DNA from: Candidatus Margulisiibacteriota bacterium
GTDB lineage: Bacteria > Margulisbacteria > WOR-1 > O2-12-FULL-45-9 > XYB2-FULL-48-7
Assembly (NCBI GenBank): GCA_041650855.1
Contig: JBAZKJ010000001.1
Coordinates: 551,078-615,077, forward strand
DNA length: 64,000 bases
Direction of reading: 5' to 3'
A program made the position numbers and the translations under genes. The notes beneath the pieces were generated by a model. It saw nothing but the letters and a program-made list of their open reading frames with translations, made no database searches and was not told the DNA's origin. Position 1 is the stretch's first letter. Each line of letters opens with the position of its first letter. Of this stretch, positions 56,361 to 64,000 are shown in pieces.

Positions 56361-58265
56361 TTAGTATGTGTCCCAGTTCAAGAGGTCTTTCTTCAAGACC
56401 TGCTGCACGTAATCGGTGCGATAGAGCATCTCCACCGTTTCCGCTCTGGTCAATTGCTTGTTCGGCTCAAAGTTCAGCCCTTTCAGATACTGCAAGATAT
56501 TAACTTTATTGCTCCCGGCGATGATCTTGGCCGCCCAGTGGTTGCCGGCGACGTCCGGGAAGTCGCGGGCGTAGGTCTCTTCGCTGACGCCGGCAAAGCG
56601 GGCGATCATTGCCAGCCCTTCGGCGCGGGTGATCTTGCCGTTCGGTTTAAAGACGTTGCCGGGGTAGCCCTTGACGACGCCGAGCGCCGCCGCTTCCGCG
56701 ACGAACGCGCTGGCCCAGTGCTTCCCGGGGACGTCCTTGAACGCCGCCGCCGTTAACGCCGCCTCTGCCGTCGACGCGTTCTGTTTCCTGGTCTTCATCA
56801 GTAGTGAGCACATTTCGGCGCGGGAAATGCCGCCCTCCGGCTTGAACGTGCCGTCGGGATAACCGGTGATGATGTTCTGCATCGCCAGGAGCGAGATCGG
56901 CTTGTCAACCCAGTAGCCGATGACAACGTCCGGGAAGGTCGTTAAGCGGAGCAGGCGGACCTTGGACGAGCCGACCAGCTTGCCCCGGTCGTCGCTGCCG
57001 GCCAGGATGATGCCGTTCTTGCCGATCTTCAGTTCCACCTCGGTCGAGATGTCCCCCTTCAGGTTCATCTTGACCGGCTGGCCGTTGATCGTGGCGGTGC
57101 GGATCCGGCTGTTCGCCGCGTGCGCGTGGACCCGCGTCGCGCCGGCAAACGTGATCGTCTTGTCATCGGGCGAAGTAAAGGTGAATGGGTCCTTGCTGCT
57201 CTCAACGGCCGGCGGCAGGTAGTTGTAAGAGAGCGAGAAGAAATGGTTGTCGATATTCGGCGCGCCGGCGAAAGCGTGGTAGGCGTAGTCGAACCGGAAC
57301 CCGCCGAAATACATGCCGACGCCGTAAGTCGGATCGGAATAAGTCGTCAGGCCGCCGTTGCCGTCGCCGCCGGCATCCTGGTCGATACCGGCCCGGATCG
57401 CCAGGATCGAGACCGGCTTCCATTCCGCGCCCAAATGCATGACCGGCGGATACCCGGCCAGCGAAGGATGGAGGTCGATGTCGGTCATGATCTTGAGCTC
57501 GTGGTCCCCGTATTTCGCCAGCGCTTTATCTTTGCCGAGCACGGAAAAGGCGGCGCCGGTCTCGATCACCGCCGGGTACGATTCTTCGTGGCCGCCGGAG
57601 TATGTCAGTTTGCCGCCCAGGCCGGCGGGGAGAGCGTTTTGCACCGCCATACCGAGCGCTAGCCAGCGCAGCGGCGTGTATTTGATGCCGAAGTCGAGCT
57701 CCTGGCCGGAGGCGTCGCCGTTCTGGATCCCGTCGCCGTAGAGGCGCGCCCGGAATAATTTAACACTGGTGCCGAGCGTGATCTTGTCCGCTTGCGGGAC
57801 CTGTTTGACGTAAGGGATCTTGTCCGCTTTGTTGCCGTAAGAGAAGACCATGGCGGCGTTGTCGTTCCCCATGGTCGGCTGGCTCGGGTCGATCGTGTAG
57901 ATCGGATCGGCCGGGTCGGACCCCGCTTCGATCGTGGTGGCGAACGCCCCGGCGATCGAGGTCCCGGCGTAACCAAAACCGAAAACGCCGTACTCGGTCG
58001 GATATAAGCCGGAAAAAGAGAGATAGCTGTATTCGTCGAGGAATTTACCGGACATAGAAGACAATTGCCACCCGGAAACGTCGCCCATGCCGGCCGGGTT
58101 GGTGTACATCGCGCCGGTATCGTCGGCCAGGGCGATATACGCTTTACCAAGCCCCAGGACGCGGCCGTTCGGTACGTATCTCGTCGGGTCTTGCGCGACA
58201 TACTGGGCGCAGGCAACGCCCGCCAGTAAAACGGCGGCCACTATGGCGGTTAATATTCGTTTCAT
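56361..58265 (-). CDS. outer-membrane FadL/OmpP1/PorV-like beta-barrel with three C-terminal SLH domains
   Basis: Signal peptide. N-terminus LGLGKAYIALADDTGAMYTNPAGM matches the FadL signature ([25 protein letters not shown]). Three C-terminal SLH repeats (GYPDGTFKPEGGISRAE, GYPGNVFKPNGKITRAE, ... NKQLTRAE). Confidence 0.8.
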   Translation of the reverse strand: MKRILTAIVAAVLLAGVACAQYVAQDPTRYVPNGRVLGLGKAYIALADDTGAMYTNPAGMGDVSGWQLSSMSGKFLDEYSYLSFSGLYPTEYGVFGFGYAGTSIAGAFATTIEAGSDPADPIYTIDPSQPTMGNDNAAMVFSYGNKADKIPYVKQVPQADKITLGTSVKLFRARLYGDGIQNGDASGQELDFGIKYTPLRWLALGMAVQNALPAGLGGKLTYSGGHEESYPAVIETGAAFSVLGKDKALAKYGDHELKIMTDIDLHPSLAGYPPVMHLGAEWKPVSILAIRAGIDQDAGGDGNGGLTTYSDPTYGVGMYFGGFRFDYAYHAFAGAPNIDNHFFSLSYNYLPPAVESSKDPFTFTSPDDKTITFAGATRVHAHAANSRIRTATINGQPVKMNLKGDISTEVELKIGKNGIILAGSDDRGKLVGSSKVRLLRLTTFPDVVIGYWVDKPISLLAMQNIITGYPDGTFKPEGGISRAEMCSLLMKTRKQNASTAEAALTAAAFKDVPGKHWASAFVAEAAALGVVKGYPGNVFKPNGKITRAEGLAMIARFAGVSEETYARDFPDVAGNHWAAKIIAGSNKVNILQYLKGLNFEPNKQLTRAETVEMLYRTDYVQQVLKKDLLNWDTY

Positions 58266-58271
58266 TCTTGT

Positions 58272-60236
58272 TTATCTAACGGCTGCCGGCTTGATCATGA
58301 TCCGGTTCTCGACGATCTTCTTGTTCTTTTCGTCAAAAACCAGCAAGGTGTAAAGTCCCGACGTCAGATAGGGGGCCATTTTCGCCCTTTCGATCACAAA
58401 GTCGACTTTGTTCGTCGCCGGCGGATTGAACGTGAAGGTTTCTTCCCACATCTTGCGGCCATAGCCGTCGCTCAGCACCGCTTTGAGGTAGCTGATCTGC
58501 ACACCCTTGGGAAGACGGATAAAGGCGGGCATGGCCCCTTTGGTTTCCGGGTCCCAGGTCTTTTCTTTCATGCCGCCGTAACCGATGGCGCCGTTCCCCG
58601 CCCCGGTCGCCGGGACGATCGCCCCGGTCTCGCCCGTGCTGGGGACAGCCACCCGGACCAGGAGATATTGCTGGCGGTTGTTGCCGGCCGCGTCTTCGGT
58701 ATAAATGATCAGGGCCGCGTCCTTGCCGCCGGCGGTAGTCGGCAGGCTGAACTGATACCCGGCCTCAATGCTGACCGGCGAAATAAGGCTGACCGAGCTT
58801 TCCGGAATGAGATAGTCATAGCTGGCTCCATCCAGATTAATAATGAACCTGACGATCTTGGTCATATTATTGCTGGAAGTAGCCTCGATCGTCATGATGT
58901 CGTTGCGGCTGATCGTAGTCCGCGGGGTAACGACGCTCCCTTCCGTGGTCGGCGGCAGGTAAACGCTGCGGGAAGCGCCGGCGCCGAACCAAACCCGGGG
59001 GATCTGGACCGTCGCCCCGTTGGCGGCTACCACCAGCGCCCCGGTTTCCGTGGAAACGGTCGCGTCGCCGTTGGTGACCGTAACATCCCAGGCCCCGGTG
59101 GTTACCTCCGGAGTGGTTATTATATATGTAAGAAGCCGGCTGTCCGATTCATAGCTGGAATAGAGCACGGTTATGCCGCTTTTCCCTGTCGCCTCAAAGG
59201 TCGCGTAGGCGCCGGCAATAAACCCGCTGCCGACAACCTCCACCGTCCCCATCCAGCCCGATTTGATCGAACTTGGGGTTACTCCGGTGATCCGGGGAGA
59301 TTCCAGCTTGTAAATGTTCCCGCCGGCACCGGCCAGGAAGGCAAAAACCGAGATATTTGGGCTGGTTCCGACCGTTTTGACCGAAATATCCCTAATATCG
59401 GCGGCGGGCGTCAGGGCATAAGTGGTCCAGCTTAAGGCGCCGTCCGCGGTCAGTGCGACCGTGCCGGCATCCCCGACCACCCAACCAAAGCCTTCTGTGA
59501 CAAAATAAAGGGAATTAAGGTTCGCGACCAAGCCGGCGGAGATCTCGCTCCAATTTGCCCCGCCGTCGAGCGATTTCAAGACCAACCCGGAGGCGCCGAC
59601 CGCGTAGCCGACCGAAGCACTTGCCAGCATCACGTCCCTGACCGCGCCGGTGCCGGTCCAGACCTCCGTCCCATTACGGATAATAGCGTAATTGACCGAG
59701 TCTTTCCTTTGGCCCCAAACGAAGATGTCCCCGGCCTCGCTTATATAAGCGCCCTGGATATTCAGATTGCTTTGCAGTTCGGGAGTCCAGTTTGCGCCGC
59801 TATCGGTCGATCGATACAGGTAGCTGTCGCCGGATGAGCCGTTGGAGGCGGCGATCGCCCGGGCCGCGCCGCTGAAGCCGATCTTGAGCAGGTTTGCCGT
59901 GCCGACCCCGGCGAGCGCGACGGGAGAGAACGTTTCGCCGTCATCGAGCGACTTGAGCAGGGTGCCGGACGCGCCGGCGGCATAGAGCTCGCCGGCTGCC
60001 GGGGCAGCCACGTCATATAATGTTTGCGCCGTACCGGTAACTTTTGCTTCCCAGGTGACGCCGCTGTTGCCGGTCTTTAAAAAGGTCCCGTTATTGCCGA
60101 CGGAGAAGCCGATGGCCGAAGCGGGGAAATAACAAGCCTGGAGATCTTGAGTGGTCGTTGACTCTTGCGTTACCCATCCCGCCCACGCGAGGGGAGCAAG
60201 CAGAGCCACGATGAAAAAACTTTTCATCAGCCGCAT
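58272..60236 (-). CDS. secreted Ycf48/BNR-like beta-propeller protein with Ig-like domains; first gene of surface operon
   Basis: Signal peptide MRLMKSFFIVALLAPLAWA. The GTG 60258 in the ORF track lies inside the promoter. Ycf48-like repeats (GNNGTFLKTGNSGVTW, ... SLDGGANW, ... TADGALSW). C-terminal beta-sandwich possibly CTD-like. Confidence 0.75.
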   Translation of the reverse strand: MRLMKSFFIVALLAPLAWAGWVTQESTTTQDLQACYFPASAIGFSVGNNGTFLKTGNSGVTWEAKVTGTAQTLYDVAAPAAGELYAAGASGTLLKSLDDGETFSPVALAGVGTANLLKIGFSGAARAIAASNGSSGDSYLYRSTDSGANWTPELQSNLNIQGAYISEAGDIFVWGQRKDSVNYAIIRNGTEVWTGTGAVRDVMLASASVGYAVGASGLVLKSLDGGANWSEISAGLVANLNSLYFVTEGFGWVVGDAGTVALTADGALSWTTYALTPAADIRDISVKTVGTSPNISVFAFLAGAGGNIYKLESPRITGVTPSSIKSGWMGTVEVVGSGFIAGAYATFEATGKSGITVLYSSYESDSRLLTYIITTPEVTTGAWDVTVTNGDATVSTETGALVVAANGATVQIPRVWFGAGASRSVYLPPTTEGSVVTPRTTISRNDIMTIEATSSNNMTKIVRFIINLDGASYDYLIPESSVSLISPVSIEAGYQFSLPTTAGGKDAALIIYTEDAAGNNRQQYLLVRVAVPSTGETGAIVPATGAGNGAIGYGGMKEKTWDPETKGAMPAFIRLPKGVQISYLKAVLSDGYGRKMWEETFTFNPPATNKVDFVIERAKMAPYLTSGLYTLLVFDEKNKKIVENRIMIKPAAVR

Positions 60237-60245
60237 TACCGCATA

Positions 60246-60274
60246 ATAATAGCACACCACACAACAATGTGCAA
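60246..60274 (-). promoter_or_regulatory. candidate promoter TTGCAC-17-TATTAT for the 20-kb minus-strand surface operon
   Basis: Read on the minus strand. The -10 lies 9 nt from the ATG of MRLMKSFF. Confidence 0.35.
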
Positions 60275-60307
60275 TACCTTTTTACGCTCATTCTTCTTCC
60301 TTCCGGT

Positions 60308-60336
60308 TTGATTTTGGCCCGATTTCTTGCTATAAT
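60308..60336 (+). promoter_or_regulatory. promoter TTGATT-17-TATAAT for beta-helix gene (divergent region)
   Basis: -35 at 60308-60313 and -10 at 60331-60336. SD AAGGGGG before the ATG at 60375. Confidence 0.55.
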
Positions 60337-60374
60337 TACTCGTTGATCCTTTTCGCAAGGGGGTACCATATATT

Positions 60375-62441
60375 ATGTATAAGAAACTCTTGTGCGCGGC
60401 TCTTATTGGCTTGGCCCTGCTGACTTTTTCCCATCCAGCCGCAGCCGCTTTTGACGGCCCGCAAACCTTTACCGTCACGGAAACCGGCGATGACGATAAC
60501 GAAGGGACGTTCCGCTGGGCTGTCTATCAGTCCAATTCCAATGTCGGCCACCGCGACACGATCGCATTTAATATTCCGACTTCCGATCCCAGCTACCAGT
60601 CCGGCGACGGTGCCCACTGGTGGAAGATCGCGCTCGGCCCGCCGATCAATATCACTGACGAAGTGATCATCGACGGCACCACCCAAACGACTAATGTGGG
60701 AAATGTTAACCCCTACGGCCCTGAGATCCTGCTGACTAAATCGGGCGACGCGATGAACGACGGCTTGACGATCGCCGCCTCCAACGTGACGGTCAAGGGG
60801 CTTTGCATCAGCGGCTTTGGCCAGAACGGCGTTTATGTTTACGGCGGGGACGTCAGCAACACAGTTGTCTCCGGTTGTTACATCGGAACCAACGCCGTCG
60901 GCTCCGCCGCCTTGGCCAACACCAAGAACGGCATTTATATCCTGACCGGCCCCGACTACACCCTGATCGGCGGTTCGTCCGAGGCGGAGCGGAACGTCAT
61001 TTCCGGCAACACCGAGAGCGGCATTTATTTCTCGTCCCGCGGTGAAGGGGTGGAATCGCTGATGAACCTGCACTCCACGGTCATCGGCAATTATATCGGG
61101 ACCGACCGGACCGGCGCGGCCGCGATCCCCAATGGCGATTACGGCGTTTGTCTCCGCGAATATACCCGCCTCACCCGCATCGGCGGCCTTAATGCCGGCG
61201 AAAGGAACGTCATTTCCGGCAATACCAGGGCCGGTGTCATAGTCGGCCATATAACCGCTTACTACACCGTGATCGCCGGCAACTATCTCGGCCTTGACCG
61301 GACCGGTACGGCCGCTTTAGGGAACGGCACCCATGGCGTCCTCTTCCAGGCCAAATACACGACAGTTGAGGCGAACGTCATTTCCGGCAATGCCGCCGGG
61401 ATATCCTTTAACGGCACCAGCGCCACCAATGCCGTTATCCGGGGAAATTACGTCGGCACCGACGCGACTGGCGCCTCTGCCCTGCCGAATACGATGGCTG
61501 GCATCGTGGCGTGGAACGGCGCCAACAGCAACGTGATCGGCCCGGGAAACATTATCGCTTTTAACCCGGCCGGCCTGGCCCTCAGCGGCGAGACGACTGT
61601 CAGCAACCAGATCACCCAGAACTCGATTTTCCAGAACAACGGCCTTGGCATTTTCCTGCTGGACGGGGCTAACCATCTGTTGGCCGCGCCAACCATCGAA
61701 TCGGCCGTCTTTAACGCCGACGATACCGTTCTGACCGTGACCGGCGTCTGTACTCCGTCGGCGATCGTGGAGCTCTTCCGCTCCGACCCCGCCGGCGCGT
61801 CGCTCCTGACCGCCGAGGGAAAAACCTATCTCGGCTCGGCGACCGCCGATCTTACCGGTAACTGGTCCGCCGCCCTGACCGGCGCGGCGGGCGGCGGCCA
61901 GGTCTGCGCCACGGCGACTCAGCCTGTCGCAAGGATCGTCGCTAACTTTGTCCGGCCTTCGGCCGCCCGCATCGAGCCGGATTATTTTAATACCTCCGCG
62001 TTCTCGGGGCGCTACCCAGTGCCGACGACAACGACCACCACCACGACGACCACGACTACCACTACGCCCAGCTCAACGACGTCGACGGTGACCACCACCT
62101 CAACGACCACGACCACCACCTACCCGATCCCGGACGGATCGGTCGTTTCTCGGATCTATCCGTGGATCACCGGCGCGGCCGCCGGCGGTTCCGCCAGGAT
62201 CGATCTCGACTTTTCCTCCAAGGTGGCGGGCGAAGGTTTTGTCCGGGTCGTGGATAACCTGACTGGCGAAGAATATCTCGGCTGGACGCCTGTCACCCTG
62301 AAGGTCGGCTCCAACCTGGTCCCGGTCACGCTGGTCGACCCGCGGGCCTACGGCAAGCTGATCATCGTCATGTTGAAAGTTCCGTCCGGTGACGGCGGCT
62401 TCAAGCTCTACAGCATTAAAACGATCGTCGAAAAGAAATAA
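60375..62441 (+). CDS. secreted right-handed parallel beta-helix (PbH1/NosD-like) surface protein with poly-Thr linker
   Basis: Signal peptide. At least 8 PbH1-like repeats (NVISGNTESGIYF, NVISGNTRAGVIV, NVISGNAAGISFNG ...). 30-aa poly-Thr linker and a C-terminal beta domain. Consensus promoter TTGATT-17-TATAAT upstream. Confidence 0.8.
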   Translation: MYKKLLCAALIGLALLTFSHPAAAAFDGPQTFTVTETGDDDNEGTFRWAVYQSNSNVGHRDTIAFNIPTSDPSYQSGDGAHWWKIALGPPINITDEVIIDGTTQTTNVGNVNPYGPEILLTKSGDAMNDGLTIAASNVTVKGLCISGFGQNGVYVYGGDVSNTVVSGCYIGTNAVGSAALANTKNGIYILTGPDYTLIGGSSEAERNVISGNTESGIYFSSRGEGVESLMNLHSTVIGNYIGTDRTGAAAIPNGDYGVCLREYTRLTRIGGLNAGERNVISGNTRAGVIVGHITAYYTVIAGNYLGLDRTGTAALGNGTHGVLFQAKYTTVEANVISGNAAGISFNGTSATNAVIRGNYVGTDATGASALPNTMAGIVAWNGANSNVIGPGNIIAFNPAGLALSGETTVSNQITQNSIFQNNGLGIFLLDGANHLLAAPTIESAVFNADDTVLTVTGVCTPSAIVELFRSDPAGASLLTAEGKTYLGSATADLTGNWSAALTGAAGGGQVCATATQPVARIVANFVRPSAARIEPDYFNTSAFSGRYPVPTTTTTTTTTTTTTTPSSTTSTVTTTSTTTTTTYPIPDGSVVSRIYPWITGAAAGGSARIDLDFSSKVAGEGFVRVVDNLTGEEYLGWTPVTLKVGSNLVPVTLVDPRAYGKLIIVMLKVPSGDGGFKLYSIKTIVEKK

Positions 62442-62465
62442 CGGTTCCGGCAAGGAGGGTTAGCT

Positions 62466-63773
62466 ATTATCAGGAGGGGGTCGCTCGCGCTGCTTGCGCT
62501 CGCGCTATTCCTTGCCGGCGCGGGAAACGCGGTCTATTTTAGCGGCAGCACCGGCGCCCGGCCGTTAGCCCTGGGCAACGGCTACGTCGGCCTGGCCGAC
62601 GACGCCGCCTCGCTCTTTGCCAATCCCGCCGGCCTGGCTTCCCTCGGCCGCCCCGCCGTGACCAGCATGTATTCCCAGCCGGATGCCGATACGACTTTTT
62701 CCTCGCTCGGCGGCGGCTTGCCGTTTTTCGGCGGCTTTCTCGGCATTGGCTACCGCGCGCAAACCGTGGCCGGCGTTCAGGTCTCGACCGAAGTTTTCAG
62801 CTTCACCGACCAGGACATCATGTTCGCTTACTCGCGCCAGCTGGGAGAGCAGCTTTCGTTCGGCCTCGATTACCGCCTTCTCGCCAAAGGCCCTTCCCGC
62901 GCCTATCCCGGCTCGGACGGGGCCACCGCCAACGGCAGTTCGGCGGACTTTTCCCTGAAATATAATTACCAGCCGAATTTTTCTCTCGGCCTGGTCTGGC
63001 GCGAGATCGGCGGCCGTTTTAATTACCAGAACGGCGCCGTCGAGAACTTCCCGACCAATGTTACCGTTGGCGGCGCTTACCGTTGGCGGCCGGACCTGAC
63101 CTATACCCTTGACGTCAACAAGGAAAACGGCCAACCTCTCCTGCTCCATTCCGGACTGGAATGGTCGCCGGCCTCGCTGATCTCGCTCCGCTTCGGCGTT
63201 GACCAGACCGCCGCCGGCGCTTCCGCCCATTCCAACATTACCTCCGGCCTCGGCATCCACCTGGGCGGTTTTGCCATCGATTACGCGCTTTACAGCTGGA
63301 AGGACCAATCCCGCGCTTCGATCCACTATTTCTCCATCAGTTACGCGCCGCCCGCCAAGAAAGCGGCCGTCCCCGTAACTTATTATCCGACGCCGGAACC
63401 GACCCCCGAGGTCAAGATCCCGCGCATCAGCTTCCCCGACCTGCCGGCCAAGCACTGGGGGAAGAACGAGATCGAGCAACTCGCGACCGCCGGCGTCATC
63501 TGGGGATATCCCGACGGGACGTTCCAGCCGAACAAAAAATTGACGCGCGCCGAATTCGCGGCGATCGTGGCCGCCGCCAAGCACCTGGAACCGGCGCCGG
63601 TCGACAACGCCAACAAGCTAATCACCCGGGGAGAAGCCGCCAAATTGCTCGACCTGACCGAGCCCGTTTCCCGCGCCAAAGCCCCTCTCACCCGGGCGGA
63701 AGCGGCACTGATGATCTACCAGACCCCGTTCGGCCAGGCCGCGATCAAGCGTTTGCCGCCGCTCGCCGACTGA
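62466..63773 (+). CDS. second FadL/PorV-like outer-membrane barrel with C-terminal SLH domain; probable ATT (or ATC) start
   Basis: The ORF track starts at GTG 62658 but the frame is open back to 62442. The upstream frame encodes a perfect signal peptide IIRRGSLALLALALFLAGAGNA plus the FadL motif LALGNGYVGLADDAASLFANPAGL. SD AAGGAGGG lies 6 nt before ATT 62466. Confidence 0.6.
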   Translation: MIRRGSLALLALALFLAGAGNAVYFSGSTGARPLALGNGYVGLADDAASLFANPAGLASLGRPAVTSMYSQPDADTTFSSLGGGLPFFGGFLGIGYRAQTVAGVQVSTEVFSFTDQDIMFAYSRQLGEQLSFGLDYRLLAKGPSRAYPGSDGATANGSSADFSLKYNYQPNFSLGLVWREIGGRFNYQNGAVENFPTNVTVGGAYRWRPDLTYTLDVNKENGQPLLLHSGLEWSPASLISLRFGVDQTAAGASAHSNITSGLGIHLGGFAIDYALYSWKDQSRASIHYFSISYAPPAKKAAVPVTYYPTPEPTPEVKIPRISFPDLPAKHWGKNEIEQLATAGVIWGYPDGTFQPNKKLTRAEFAAIVAAAKHLEPAPVDNANKLITRGEAAKLLDLTEPVSRAKAPLTRAEAALMIYQTPFGQAAIKRLPPLAD

Positions 63774-63790
63774 CCGTTCCCTCGCCCGCT

Positions 63791-63820
63791 TTGCCGAATG
63801 CCGCGCAAATGTGCTACAAT
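63791..63820 (+). promoter_or_regulatory. promoter TTGCCG-18-TGcTACAAT (extended -10) for partial beta-helix gene
   Basis: TG at 63812-63813 and TACAAT at 63815-63820. Confidence 0.45.
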
Positions 63821-63851
63821 GGGCGCACTTTACTTCCAAGGAGGGGCACCC

Positions 63852-64000
63852 TTGATCTTTTTAAAGCGCTTTTTGTCCTTTCTGACGCTCTTGCTCGTTT
63901 GTGCTACGTCCGCCTCTGCCACGACTTACTACGTTAATGTGAATACGGGGGACAATTCCCGCTCCTCCGCCGAGGCGCAAAATCCGTCCACCCCCTGGAA
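63852..64000 (+). CDS. 5' end of secreted beta-helix-like protein (partial, runs off window)
   Basis: TTG start 5 nt after SD AAGGAGGGG. Signal peptide MIFLKRFLSFLTLLLVCATSASA, then TYYVNVNTGDNS..S..PW typical of PbH1 N-termini. Extended -10 TGcTACAAT upstream. Confidence 0.55.
   Translation, partial: MIFLKRFLSFLTLLLVCATSASATTYYVNVNTGDNSRSSAEAQNPSTPW

Overview
This 64-kb window (about 62% GC) comes from a compact genome of a bacterium with an outer membrane (diderm). Supporting genes are lpxC, a fabZ-lpxA fusion and lpxB for lipid A, an AsmA-family protein, FadL-type barrels and C-terminal-Phe outer-membrane proteins. The organism also carries SLH domains and looks anaerobic: it has FabK and an acyl-CoA dehydrogenase/EtfB/ferredoxin-EtfA trio of the CarCDE type.

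Bases 1-39.5 k are mostly housekeeping. They hold metK, a DUF2723 GT-C glycosyltransferase, and a near-leaderless operon yceD-rpmF-plsX-fabH-[acyl-CoA DH-etfB-Fd::etfA]-fabD-fabG-acpP-fabK-fabF followed by a 1347-aa outer-membrane/surface protein. Next come an S8 protease with a T9SS-like C-terminal domain, a class-III aminotransferase, a SpoU methyltransferase, tRNA-Tyr, a triple-GT2 glycosyltransferase, DUF2892, AsmA, an SPFH protein, pyrE, tRNA-Thr, a CHASE4-HAMP sensor with no output domain, a pilin-like protein, tuf, vanW and lpxC-fabZ::lpxA-lpxB.

Bases 39.5-60.2 k are one tightly packed minus-strand operon of 11 secreted or surface proteins. In transcription order they are:
- a Ycf48-like propeller protein;
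- a FadL/PorV-like barrel with three C-terminal SLH domains;
- a tail-fiber-like protein with a peptidase-S74 intramolecular chaperone domain;
- seven modular paralogous proteins that share N-terminal CarboxypepD_reg-like and C-terminal about-50-aa modules, one with a cohesin-like domain and one with a type-I-like dockerin;
- a 1309-aa S8 protease with no signal peptide and an acidic DT-repeat C-terminus.

The operon is flanked by a divergent beta-helix surface protein and a second FadL-like-SLH barrel that appears to start at an ATT codon. This looks like a candidate undescribed cohesin/dockerin-type cell-surface assembly, tethered through SLH and combined with T9SS-type CTD-like cargo domains.

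Other recurring signals:
- consensus TATAAT boxes sit 7-11 nt upstream of several start codons, suggesting leaderless or near-leaderless mRNAs;
- tandem heptamer arrays (G/A)TTTAGA occur at three gene starts (acpP, lpxC and one surface-operon gene);
- four convergent gene pairs have overlapping stop codons;
- three surface proteins carry poly-Thr linkers.

No CRISPR array, transposase or clear prophage was seen. Many long ORFs in the track are antisense artifacts of the high GC content.
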